This document shows, one piece after another, positions 39,592 through 48,571 of a stretch of 64,000 bases of DNA (position 1 is its first letter; every line of letters begins with the position of its first letter). Origin of the DNA: Granulicella sp. (GTDB lineage Bacteria; Acidobacteriota; Terriglobia; Terriglobales; Acidobacteriaceae). The notes below the pieces were generated by a model. It was not told the origin of the DNA and made no database searches. It saw only the letters and a list, made by a program, of their open reading frames with translations. Where the stretch lies: NCBI GenBank assembly GCA_965218675.1, contig CBDCLP010000005.1:104798-168797 (forward strand), written 5' to 3'. Both the position numbers and the translations under genes were made by a program.

Positions 39592-42090
39592 ATGCTTCGC
39601 TCGGTACCGTCCGTCCTCCGCACCGCATCCCTTTTGGCCTCTATCTCTGGCGCAACCCTGGCGCAGGCGCAGCAACTGCAGCCGACACCCTCCGGTGTCT
39701 CGGCGACCGCCCATGATATGACCCTGCAGGTGAGCGCCTTGCGCGACGATGTGCTGCGCGTGCGCCTGTGGCAGGGCAACACCGTGCCGGAAGACGCCTC
39801 CTGGGCCGTGCTGCCCGTGGCGCGCACCAGTCGCGTGCACGTGAACGCGGAGGCACACGGCTTTGCCACCGGCAAGCTCCGCATCGGCATCGACGAAAAC
39901 CTGCGCCTCACTGTGTCCGACCTGGCCGGCAACGTCCTGCAGAGCGATGCCGCGCCGGTGCGCTGGGACGGCACCCGGTTCACCGTGACGAAGAAGCGCG
40001 AGTTGAGCGACCACTTCTTCGGCCTCGGTGACAAGCCCGGCCCGCTGGACCGCAGCGGCGAAGCCTACACCATGTGGAACACCGACAACTTCGGCTGGCA
40101 GGAGTCCACCGACCCGCTCTACAAGGACATCCCCTTCTTTATCGACTTCAACCACGGACGCGCGCTGGGGGTGTTTCTGGACAACACCTGGCGCACCAAC
40201 TTTGACTTCGGGCGCTTTGACCCCAGCCAGTACACCTTTGGCGCCCTCAATGGCCCCATCGACTATTACCTGCTCTACGGCCCCGACCCCAAGCAGGTGG
40301 TCAAGGACTGGGCCTGGCTGACCGGGCCGACCCCGCTGCCCCCCATCTGGGCGCTTGGCTTTCAGCAGTCGCGCTACACCTACTTCCCGGAGTCCCAGCT
40401 GCGCGAGATCGCCGACCGCCTCCGCGCCGACCGCATCCCGTGCGATGTGCTTTGGCTGGACATTGACTTTCAGCACAAGAACTGGCCGTTCACGGTCAAC
40501 ACGGAGGCCTACCCCAACTTCCCCGGCATGGTGAAGGACCTCGCGCACCAGGACTTCAAGCTCATCGTCATCACCGACCTCCACATCGCCAAGCAGCCCG
40601 GCGTCGGCTACGCGCCCTACGACTCCGGCACCGCCGGCGATCACTTTGTGAAGAATCCGGACGGCAGCGTCTACACCGGCACGGTGTGGCCGGGCCCCTC
40701 CGTGTTCCCGGACTTCACACAGGCGCAGACGCGGCAGTGGTGGGGCACGCTCTACAAGCAGTTTGTCGCGGACGGCGTGGCCGGCTTCTGGAACGACATG
40801 AACGAGCCCTCGGTCTTCAACGTTCCGAGCAAAACCATGCCGGACGACGTGCAGCACAGGATCGACGAGCCCGGCTTCCGCAAGCGCACCGCCACGCACC
40901 TGGAGATCCACAACGTCTACGGCATGGAAAACACCCGCGGGACCTTTGAAGGCCAGCTCGCGCTGCGGCCCAACGAGCGCCCGTTTGTGATGACCCGCGC
41001 CAGCTACGCCGGCGGCCAGCGCTACAGCGCCACCTGGACAGGCGACAACAGCTCCACCTGGAACCACCTGCGCATGACCGTGCCGCAGCTGGTCAACCTG
41101 GGGCTCAGCGGCTTTTCCCTCGCCGGCGCCGATGTGGGCGGCTTCGCGGGCTCGCCCTCGCCCGCCCTGCTGACCAAATGGCTGGAGCTGTCGGCCTTCC
41201 AGCCCATCGACCGCGACCACTCTGCCAAGGGCACACGCATGCACGAGGTGTGGGTGGACGGGCCCGAGCAGGAGGCCATCCGCCGCCGCTTCATCGAAGA
41301 GCGCTACCGGCTGATGCCCTACTTCTACACCGTGGCCGAAGAGACCTCCCGCGACGGCCTGCCGATCAACCGGCCCCTGTTCCTGGAGTTCCCGCACGCG
41401 AGCCCGGATGGCGAGCCCATGGACGTCAGCGATGGCGGCAGCGAATTTCTGCTCGGCAGCCAGATGCTGATCGCCCTCAACCCCTCGCCGGAGGAGGTCG
41501 CCCCGTACACCGTTCACCTGCCCCCGGGAACCTGGTACAGCTACTGGACCGGCGAGCGCTACATCCAGCAACAGCCCGGGGGCGCGCTGGATCTTGAGCA
41601 GCGCGACCTTGTGCTGGCCCACAAGCAGCTGAGCATCACGCCCACGCTGGAAGACCTGCCCGTGTATGTCCACGGCGGCAGCATTCTCCCGATCGCTCCG
41701 CTCACCCAAAGCACCGAGGAGGTTCCGAAGGGGCCGCTGACCCTGCGCGTCTATGCGCCTTCCGAGGCCTCGGCAGCAGCCGGGGAAGCTTGCGCCGGCG
41801 ATGTGTACAGTGATGACGGCCACACCTTCGACTACCGTCGGGGCGCCTATGCGCGCATCCACTTCACGTGTGCCGCAGCGGCCGATGGCTCGCTCAAGGT
41901 CACCATTGGCAAGCAGGAAGGCACCTGGCGGCCCTGGTGGAAGAACTACCGCATTGAAGTGGTGGGCTGGGCCCCGAAGCAGAAGCGGGCAACGGCCGCG
42001 GGTCACTCGTTATCGCTGACGCAGACGGGCAGCCTGTGGAGCACGGACGTGCCCCGTAGTCCGAACGGCCTGGAAGTGGAGCTCCAATAA
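39592..42090 (+). CDS. GH31 alpha-glucosidase
   Basis: Signal peptide '[26 protein letters not shown]'. 'GFWNDMNEP' nucleophile motif, 'WTGDNSSTW', 'GADVGGF'. ATG 39592 follows AGGAG. Confidence 0.9.
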   Translation: MLRSVPSVLRTASLLASISGATLAQAQQLQPTPSGVSATAHDMTLQVSALRDDVLRVRLWQGNTVPEDASWAVLPVARTSRVHVNAEAHGFATGKLRIGIDENLRLTVSDLAGNVLQSDAAPVRWDGTRFTVTKKRELSDHFFGLGDKPGPLDRSGEAYTMWNTDNFGWQESTDPLYKDIPFFIDFNHGRALGVFLDNTWRTNFDFGRFDPSQYTFGALNGPIDYYLLYGPDPKQVVKDWAWLTGPTPLPPIWALGFQQSRYTYFPESQLREIADRLRADRIPCDVLWLDIDFQHKNWPFTVNTEAYPNFPGMVKDLAHQDFKLIVITDLHIAKQPGVGYAPYDSGTAGDHFVKNPDGSVYTGTVWPGPSVFPDFTQAQTRQWWGTLYKQFVADGVAGFWNDMNEPSVFNVPSKTMPDDVQHRIDEPGFRKRTATHLEIHNVYGMENTRGTFEGQLALRPNERPFVMTRASYAGGQRYSATWTGDNSSTWNHLRMTVPQLVNLGLSGFSLAGADVGGFAGSPSPALLTKWLELSAFQPIDRDHSAKGTRMHEVWVDGPEQEAIRRRFIEERYRLMPYFYTVAEETSRDGLPINRPLFLEFPHASPDGEPMDVSDGGSEFLLGSQMLIALNPSPEEVAPYTVHLPPGTWYSYWTGERYIQQQPGGALDLEQRDLVLAHKQLSITPTLEDLPVYVHGGSILPIAPLTQSTEEVPKGPLTLRVYAPSEASAAAGEACAGDVYSDDGHTFDYRRGAYARIHFTCAAAADGSLKVTIGKQEGTWRPWWKNYRIEVVGWAPKQKRATAAGHSLSLTQTGSLWSTDVPRSPNGLEVELQ

Positions 42091-42265
42091 CGGCCATCCG
42101 TCCTCAACCGAGTCGGCTCCGCTGCATTCTATCCGCATTTGTGCGCTAGCAGGCATACAAGGGTGCCTTCAAGTTCCTATAACAGGACTACTGAAGTGCA
42201 CCCTCATCCATTGGCCCCTCGCTTGGCGGTCACACGATGTCTGCGCTTCCGAAAGGGACACGCAC

Positions 42266-42490
42266 ATGGCTCAACTGAATGGAAAAGTGGCTTGGTTCAA
42301 CAACGCAAAGGGATACGGCTTTCTTACGCATAACGGCGGACCGGATGTGTTCGTTCACTTCAGCTCCATCCAGCGGGACGGCTACAAGAGCCTGAAGGAA
42401 GGCGAGTCGGTCGACTTCGACATCGTCCAGGGCGACAAGGGTCCACAGGCGGACAACGTAACCCCTCTCCGTACCGAGGCGCAGGCCTAA
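42266..42490 (+). CDS. Cold-shock protein (CspA family)
   Basis: '[30 protein letters not shown]' has the RNP1/RNP2 motifs. A long (~170 nt) upstream untranslated region is typical of csp genes. Confidence 0.93.
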   Translation: MAQLNGKVAWFNNAKGYGFLTHNGGPDVFVHFSSIQRDGYKSLKEGESVDFDIVQGDKGPQADNVTPLRTEAQA

Positions 42491-42588
42491 GCCGGTCGAG
42501 CTTGACTTGAAGGATCCGAGCTCACCCTATCTCAAAACCAATCCGAGGCGAGCGTCTGGCTTCGGGCCAACCTGCTGAAAGTTCCCCC

Positions 42589-43062
42589 ATGCACATCGCC
42601 TTGACCATCACCGAGATGTCCTTCCTTGATGCGTTAGGGTACGGAGCGGTCCCGGAGTGTACGCCTAGACCCGGCGCCAACCCTGCCCTGACGTCCCCCA
42701 AGAGCTTCCGCTCACGCGTCCTTTGCTGCAGCCGGGATCGGCTCCTCGGCGAGACCCGATGTGCCATTCTCCAGGGCCGGTATGACGCCACGTTCCTCAG
42801 CAGCTTTGAGGCCTGGCACACACTCTCCTCTACACGCTTCGACGTGGTCGTGCTTTGCCATACGCTGTCTCCGGGGGAGCGTCAGCTCTGGCTCGAACTC
42901 GTGCGAGCAATATCGCCTTTGGCGAAGATTGTCTTCATCGCCTCCGGGGCTACTGCGCAAGCGCCCGATTGTGATCGGGTCGTGCTTGGGCTTGCAGGGC
43001 CCGGTGCGCTGCTCAAGGGAGTCGAAGAGCTGTTGCAACCTGCCGTGCGGCTCGCCGCTTGA
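42589..43062 (+). CDS. Hypothetical protein with receiver-like (CheY-fold) pattern lacking the phospho-acceptor Asp
   Basis: Alternating beta/alpha pattern 'RVLCCSRDRLL...FDVVVLCHTLSPGE...AKIVFIAS'. The position after the beta3 strand is Cys-His rather than Asp. No family is firmly recognised. Confidence 0.4.
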   Translation: MHIALTITEMSFLDALGYGAVPECTPRPGANPALTSPKSFRSRVLCCSRDRLLGETRCAILQGRYDATFLSSFEAWHTLSSTRFDVVVLCHTLSPGERQLWLELVRAISPLAKIVFIASGATAQAPDCDRVVLGLAGPGALLKGVEELLQPAVRLAA

Positions 43063-43102
43063 GCTAGACCCGTTTGCTTCCGGGTGTAGGTATGGTTCTT
43101 CT

Positions 43103-43146
43103 TATTTGTTGTCATCCCGTAGCGAAGCGAAGGGATCTGCTGTTCG
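43103..43146. repeat. REP-like module B copy
   Basis: 'TATTTGTTGTCATCCCGTAGCGAAGCGAAGGGATCTGCTGTTCG' has the same flanks (TTGTTGTCAT...CTGC) and the ATCCC/GGGAT hairpin seen at 13925-13956 and 57434-57470. Confidence 0.7.
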
Positions 43147-43214
43147 TATCACCGCTACATCTCCAGGCAAACGGGCGTATACCTGCAGAGCAACAGTAAC
43201 GAGAAGCAAGCCTC

Positions 43215-43243
43215 AACAAAAAAGGGGGCTTTCGCCCCCTTTC
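43215..43243. terminator. Bidirectional intrinsic terminator (tkt on minus strand, hypothetical gene on plus strand)
   Basis: 'AAAAAAGGGGGC-TTTC-GCCCCCTTT'. On the minus strand the hairpin is followed by TTTTTTG. Confidence 0.88.
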
Positions 43244-43265
43244 TGCGTTGCTGCCGGCACTTGCT

Positions 43266-45287
43266 CTACTTCTTCACAAGACTCTTAGCCGCTTCCACCA
43301 CGTGCTCCGGCGTGAAGCCGAGCTTTTCCAACACCACCGGCCCCGGCGCCGAGGCTCCGAAGCGATCGATGCCGATCGCAATGCCGTCGCGGCCGATGTA
43401 TTTCCACCAGCCCATCGTCGCGCCCGCTTCCACCGAGATCTTGGGCACGCCGTGCGGGAAGATGGACATCTTGTAGTCCTCGGGCTGCTCCTCGAAAATC
43501 GCAAAGCTGGGCATGGAGACGAGGGTCGCGTTGATGCCCGCCGCCTTCAGCTGCTCCCCTGCCGCCACGATCAGCTGCACCTCCGAGCCCGTCGCCACCA
43601 GGATCACATCCTTGCCGTACTCCTCGAGCACATAGGCGCCCTTGCGGCAGCCCTCAAACACCTTGTACTTGTTGGGGTCCAGCACCGGCAGGTCCTGGCG
43701 GCTCAGCGCCATAAAGCTGGCGCTCTTGCGCTCCACCATCAGGCCCCAGCAGGCGGAGGTCTCATTGGCGTCCGCGGGGCGGAAATCCGTGAGCTGCGGG
43801 ATCACGCGCAGCGCCATCAGGTGCTCCACTGGCTGGTGCGTCGGTCCATCCTCGCCCAGGCCGACGGAGTCATGCGTGAAGATGTACAGCGAGTGCGAGC
43901 TTTGCAGCGCGCCCATGCGCAGCGCGGAGCGGCAATAGTCCGAAAAGGTAAAGAACGTCGATCCGAAGGGCAGCAGACCGCCATGCGCGGCCATGCCGTT
44001 CACCGCCGCCATCATGCCAAACTCGCGCACGCCAAAGAAGATGTTTCTGCCTTTGGGATCGCGGCGGAAGTTCTCTGAGTCCTTGAAAATCGTCTTGGTG
44101 GAGCTGGTCAGGTCGGCCGCGCCGCCGATCATCTCCGGCATCACCTTGCCCAGCGCTTCCAGCACAACCTGGCCGGCGTTGCGGGTGGCCACCTTCTTCT
44201 CCGCGGGGAACGTGGGCAGCTGCTTCTGCCAGTCCTGCGGCAGCTCCATCGCGGTGGTTCGCGTGTACTGCGCCGCCAGCTCCGGAAAGTCCTTCTTATA
44301 GGCTTCAAAGCGGTTGTGCCAGGTGCTCTGCTCGTGCTTGCCCTTGTCCACCGCCTGGCGCCAGTTGTTCAGCGCCTCTTCGGGAATAAAGAAGTTCTTG
44401 TCCGGGTCGAAGCCGAAGAACTCCTTGGTGGAGCGGGTGCCATCCGGCCCCAGCGCCTCACCGTGCACGGCCTTGGTGCCGGCGCGCGGCGCGCCGTAGC
44501 CGATCACCGTGCGCACACGGATCAGCGAGGGCTTCAGCCGCTCCATCTTGGCCGCTTCGATCGCCTTGTTCAACTCCTCGAGGTTGTTGCCGTCGGAGAC
44601 GTACTGCACGTGCCAGTCATAGGCCTCAAAGCGCTTGGTGACGTCCTCGGTGTAGCTCAGGTCGGTGGGGCCGTCCAACGAGATCAGGTTGTCGTCATAG
44701 AGCACAATCAGCTTGCCCAGCTGCAGTGTGCCGGCCAGCGACGAGGACTCGTGCGAGATGCCTTCCATCAGATCGCCGTCGCCGCACAGCACATAGGTGT
44801 AGTGGTCCACGATCTTGTAGTGGTCGTTGTTGTACACCGCGCCGAGATGCTTTTCCGCGATGGCCAGTCCCACGGCCTCGGCAAAGCCCTGCCCCAGCGG
44901 CCCTGTGGTCACTTCGACGCCCGGTGTTTCGCCGTACTCCGGATGCCCCGGCGTGTGCGATCCCCACTGCCGGAACTGCTTCAGCTGCTCAAGCGGCAGA
45001 TCGTACCCGGTCAGGTACAGCACGCCGTAAAGCAGCGCCGAGGCGTGGCCATTGGACAGCACAAAGCGGTCGCGGTCCGACCACAGCGGATCGGTCGGGT
45101 TGTACTTCATGAACTTGTGGTAGAGCAGATAGGCGATGGGGGCGCAGCCGAGCGGCGCGCCGGGGTGGCCGCTCTTGGCCGCCTCAACCTGGTCGACCGC
45201 CAGAATGCGCAGGGTGTTAATCGACAACTGATCGAGGTCCTGACCGGTCACTTTTTCAACAATGGGGGAGGTCTGCTGGTCGCTCAT
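43266..45287 (-). CDS. tkt: Transketolase
   Basis: 'INTLRILAVDQVEAAKSGHPGAPLG', the ThDP motif region 'GDGDLMEGISHE', and 'FTHDSVGLGEDGPTHQPVEHL'. Start at the internal ATG 45287 ('MSDQQTS'). Confidence 0.95.
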   Translation of the reverse strand: MSDQQTSPIVEKVTGQDLDQLSINTLRILAVDQVEAAKSGHPGAPLGCAPIAYLLYHKFMKYNPTDPLWSDRDRFVLSNGHASALLYGVLYLTGYDLPLEQLKQFRQWGSHTPGHPEYGETPGVEVTTGPLGQGFAEAVGLAIAEKHLGAVYNNDHYKIVDHYTYVLCGDGDLMEGISHESSSLAGTLQLGKLIVLYDDNLISLDGPTDLSYTEDVTKRFEAYDWHVQYVSDGNNLEELNKAIEAAKMERLKPSLIRVRTVIGYGAPRAGTKAVHGEALGPDGTRSTKEFFGFDPDKNFFIPEEALNNWRQAVDKGKHEQSTWHNRFEAYKKDFPELAAQYTRTTAMELPQDWQKQLPTFPAEKKVATRNAGQVVLEALGKVMPEMIGGAADLTSSTKTIFKDSENFRRDPKGRNIFFGVREFGMMAAVNGMAAHGGLLPFGSTFFTFSDYCRSALRMGALQSSHSLYIFTHDSVGLGEDGPTHQPVEHLMALRVIPQLTDFRPADANETSACWGLMVERKSASFMALSRQDLPVLDPNKYKVFEGCRKGAYVLEEYGKDVILVATGSEVQLIVAAGEQLKAAGINATLVSMPSFAIFEEQPEDYKMSIFPHGVPKISVEAGATMGWWKYIGRDGIAIGIDRFGASAPGPVVLEKLGFTPEHVVEAAKSLVKK

Positions 45288-45567
45288 GCGATGGGGATCC
45301 TTCAAAAAAGGGAGTGCGGACTCGCGGGCGGTTGCGGCATAGCCCTGACGATACGATCGTGTATCTCCGCGTTGCCTAGTGTACAGGCGCGGCGTCACGG
45401 ATGCGTGTCCGTGCCCACGCCACGGCATTCCGCGCTGGCGGTCAGCGAGCCCAACCTGCGCCGGGCACCTGATGGGGCCACCGCCTGCGCGATTTGCGTG
45501 AACCAAAAGCGCACCGCCCGCGTATGCTTCGGTGCATTGCCCGCTTCGTGTTCAGGAGAATGATCCC

Positions 45568-46179
45568 ATGCCGCGTCCGCCCCGTTGCCTTCCGTTCACC
45601 CTTCTGCCGCTGCTCGCCCTGGCCGGCTGCCACATCAACACCCACAAAAACGGCGACGGCAAGGAAAACGTCGATATTGGCACGCCCTTCGGCTCCATGC
45701 AGGTGAAGACCGATAACAAGGCCAGCGGCGCGCAGACCGGCATGACTCCCTATCCGGGCGCCACTGTGGTGAAAAAACAGGGCGACGAGGACGGCGGCGC
45801 CGCGGATGTGAGCATGAACTTCGGCCCCTTCAAGCTGGAAGTTCATGCCGTGGACCTGCGCAGCACCGACCCGGAAGACAAGGTGCTCGCCTTTTACAAG
45901 CAGGACATGAGCCGCTTTGGCGCCGTGCTGACCTGCCGGGGCAAAACCGCCATCGGCACCCCCGTGCGCACCGGCGAAGGCCTGACCTGCGGCAGCAATC
46001 AGCACGAGTTCGGCGCCAGCACCCGTGAGGGCCAGCAACTGGAGCTGCGCGCCGGCTCCGAACAGCATCAGCACATCGTGGGCATTCACACCGAAGACGG
46101 TGCCACGCGCATCGCGCTGGTCACTTTGAACCTGCCGGGCAGCTTCACCCACCACCACGACGCCAGCGACCGCGAATAG
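45568..46179 (+). CDS. Hypothetical lipoprotein
   Basis: Lipobox 'LLPLLALAGC'. ATG 45568 follows AGGAG. No recognised domain. Confidence 0.65.
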   Translation: MPRPPRCLPFTLLPLLALAGCHINTHKNGDGKENVDIGTPFGSMQVKTDNKASGAQTGMTPYPGATVVKKQGDEDGGAADVSMNFGPFKLEVHAVDLRSTDPEDKVLAFYKQDMSRFGAVLTCRGKTAIGTPVRTGEGLTCGSNQHEFGASTREGQQLELRAGSEQHQHIVGIHTEDGATRIALVTLNLPGSFTHHHDASDRE

Positions 46180-46304
46180 CTACCCCAAAGCCGCACGGGA
46201 AAGCACCGCCGTCGGAGACGCAGAGCCGCCGCCGGAAGCGCAGAACCGCAGCGGGACCGTGCCGCATTGCTCTCCCCACCCCGCTCCGGTAGCCTTAAGA
46301 TCAG

Positions 46305-47090
46305 GTGAACGATCGTCCCTGCATCCGCTGCCACCAACCCGTCCAGCTTGAGGACGGGCATCTGGTGTATTGCAGCCACTGTGGCGCGCCGCAGATTTTT
46401 CTTTCCGACGATCTGCAGGCCGAGCTCGCCGAGGGCACCCGCGCCTACCAGGAGCGCCACGCACCGCAGCCGCCGGAAGGGGCGCAGACGGCGGACGACC
46501 CGCAGCCCGGGGCCACGGCGCGGCCACGGCGCTGGAACTCCTTCCGCACCACCCGCGCCCCGGGCCAGCAGCCCCCCTGGACCCAGGCCGTGCACTATGC
46601 CCTGCTCAGTGCCGTGGTGGCGCTGGCGCTGGGCCTGCTCAGCCTGCTGGTGCCCCCGGCCGGCGCGCTGATGCTGCTGTGGGTGGTGAGCGCGCCGGTG
46701 GTCACCGTGGGCGTCTTTCACGCACGCGCCACCGCGCAGGCCGCCCATGCCACCGGCTTTGGCGCGCGGCTCGGCCTGCTCACCGGCCTGCTGGTCGGCG
46801 TCTGTTCCGCCGTTACCTTTACCCTTTCGCTCGTGCTCACCCGCTTTGTCTTCCACGACGCCGCGCAGCTGGACACACAACTGGCGGCCAGCTTCGCGCA
46901 ACAGCGCCAGGTGGTGCTGGCGCGGCTGGGCCCGGAGGTGCAGCCGACCCTGAACCTCTTCGCCATACCCGAATACCGTGTGGGCCTGCTACTCTCCGTG
47001 ATCGCCACCAGCGGCGTGCTGTACCTGCTGCTTTCCACCCTGGCCGGCGGCGTCGCCGGGCTGCTGCTGCGGCGCCGGCCCGCGGCGTAG
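46305..47090 (+). CDS. Hypothetical membrane protein with N-terminal zinc-ribbon
   Basis: 'CIRCHQPVQLEDGHLVYCSHCGAP' (CxxC...CxxC), a Pro-rich linker, then ~4 TM helices. GTG start. Confidence 0.6.
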   Translation: MNDRPCIRCHQPVQLEDGHLVYCSHCGAPQIFLSDDLQAELAEGTRAYQERHAPQPPEGAQTADDPQPGATARPRRWNSFRTTRAPGQQPPWTQAVHYALLSAVVALALGLLSLLVPPAGALMLLWVVSAPVVTVGVFHARATAQAAHATGFGARLGLLTGLLVGVCSAVTFTLSLVLTRFVFHDAAQLDTQLAASFAQQRQVVLARLGPEVQPTLNLFAIPEYRVGLLLSVIATSGVLYLLLSTLAGGVAGLLLRRRPAA

Positions 47091-47102
47091 CCCGCTGCTA
47101 TC

Positions 47103-47732
47103 ATGCAGACCATGAGCGACACCGCCACCCCAGGCACGCCCGGCCCTTCGTCGCAGACCGACGGCATCCCCCAGAACACCCCGCAGCTGCGCGAAAAGGG
47201 TCGTCTGCTTTCCGGTTCCGAGATTGAGCGCACCCTGGTCCGCCTGGCTCACGAGATCGTCGAGCGCAACCACGGCGCGGCCAATCTGGGCCTGGTCGGC
47301 ATCAAGCGCCGCGGCGTGCCCATCGCCCAGCGCCTGGCCAAAATCATCGGCACCATCGAGAACCAGCCTGTCGACACCGGCGTCCTCGACATCAGCTTTT
47401 ACCGCGACGACCTGTCCACCCGCGGCTCCCGCCCGGTTGTAGAAAACGGCGAGATCGGCTTCCCCATCGACGACCGCGACATCATCCTCATGGACGACGT
47501 CCTGTTCACCGGCCGCACCATCCGCGCCGCCCTGGACGCCCTCTTCGACCACGGCCGCCCCCGCTCCGTGCAGCTGCTCGTCCTCATCGACCGCGGCCAC
47601 CGCGAGCTGCCCATCGAAGCCAAATACATCGGCCGCATCGTCCCCACCTCCCGCCGCGAAATCATCGAAGTCAAGCTCCGCGAAATCGACAACGACGAAC
47701 AGGTACTGCTGGTGGAGCTGGTCGACGGCTAG
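47103..47732 (+). CDS. pyrR: Bifunctional pyrimidine operon regulator / uracil phosphoribosyltransferase PyrR
   Basis: 'ERTLVRLAHEIVERN...LVGIKRRGVPIAQRLA...ILMDDVLFTGRTIRAALDAL...RPRSVQLLVLIDRGHRELPI'. Confidence 0.92.
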   Translation: MQTMSDTATPGTPGPSSQTDGIPQNTPQLREKGRLLSGSEIERTLVRLAHEIVERNHGAANLGLVGIKRRGVPIAQRLAKIIGTIENQPVDTGVLDISFYRDDLSTRGSRPVVENGEIGFPIDDRDIILMDDVLFTGRTIRAALDALFDHGRPRSVQLLVLIDRGHRELPIEAKYIGRIVPTSRREIIEVKLREIDNDEQVLLVELVDG

Positions 47733-47775
47733 CTCCGCCCGGCTTGCGACCTAACCCAGTGCAGCCCGGTCGCGC

Positions 47776-48339
47776 CTACTCGCGGTGGGGCATCGCTCGT
47801 TTCATAAATGCGTCGAAAAGTGGCACAGTGAAAACCACTTCTCCAAAGTTTGGGCTGTAGATCATGCCCTTCTTGATCAAAGCATCTCGCCTTGGCCCGA
47901 GCTTGTTGGTGCTCATTCCCATGGAACGCGCGACCTCGCCGGACCGGTGCACACCCGGTCCAAGGTCAGCCAGCGCTCGCAAATACTGCTGCTCACCTGG
48001 GGTGCTAAAGGTGAGATCAACAACGCTGCCATCGGCGAGCCGGGCTGACCTGGTGATTTTGGTCTGGTCGGTCTTGTCGTAGGGCAAACCACAAAGGATG
48101 AGCGCCTGGGCGACCTGGAAAATCTCCTCTTCGCCTCCATTCGCATCCCGGTCGATGCGAACCCTGGCGAGGGCTGCGGCCTGTAGGGTTTTGCTGAGAT
48201 GATCCTCAACCTTCCGGTTACGAGACCTCTTAGGAGATGGGGGTTTGCTGGTTTTCAGGGCCTCTGGGTGACGGGTTAAGAACTCGTGCACTTGCTCTTC
48301 TAGCCGAGCGTTCTCGGAAGCGGCAAGAATTCTGGGCAT
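47776..48339 (-). CDS. Chimeric hypothetical ORF: RepA_C-like N-terminal fragment fused to the C-terminal wHTH tail of an AAA-ATPase family
   Basis: Residues ~70-115 'EEIFQVAQALILCGLPYDKTDQTKITRSARLADGSVVDLTFS' resemble the 'plasmid encoded RepA' (PF04796) core. Residues ~115-187 'YLRALADLGPGVHRSGEVARSMG...LIKKGMIYSPNFGEVVFTVPLFDAFMKR' match the extreme C-terminus of ~400-aa ATPases. Probably non-functional. Confidence 0.4.
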   Translation of the reverse strand: MPRILAASENARLEEQVHEFLTRHPEALKTSKPPSPKRSRNRKVEDHLSKTLQAAALARVRIDRDANGGEEEIFQVAQALILCGLPYDKTDQTKITRSARLADGSVVDLTFSTPGEQQYLRALADLGPGVHRSGEVARSMGMSTNKLGPRRDALIKKGMIYSPNFGEVVFTVPLFDAFMKRAMPHRE

Positions 48340-48496
48340 TCAACCGCCTCACGTATCCGCGCTCATCCGCAATCGAGCGGGTTCCTTTTCTGTAGGTCGG
48401 TTGATCGACTTTTTAACGGCTCTCGGTCGGAACGTCGAAATTACGGTTACGCCGGCGCGTAAAGAGCATGGCGCTACGTCGATCATCTTCGCCTAA
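48272..48496 (+). pseudogene. XRE/HTH_37-type antitoxin-like gene remnant without a start codon
   Basis: Hand translation of the open frame gives '...SEAARILGIQPPHVSALIRNRAGSFSVGRLIDFLTALGRNVEITVTPARKEHGATSIIFA*'. An in-frame TGA lies at 48269, and there is no ATG/GTG/TTG before the HTH. The 5' end is antisense to the first ~22 codons of ORF 47776..48339. Confidence 0.5.
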
Positions 48497-48571
48497 AACC
48501 ATGAGCGACTACTTAAGAGATGGCGCGGGTACAGTCGGAGGCCCGCTCCCTCACGCATCCCTTCAGTCACG

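Noticed and set aside
39427-42006. 859-aa ORF on the minus strand
   Set aside because: Antisense shadow of the GH31 alpha-glucosidase gene, with no motifs and the same compositional bias.
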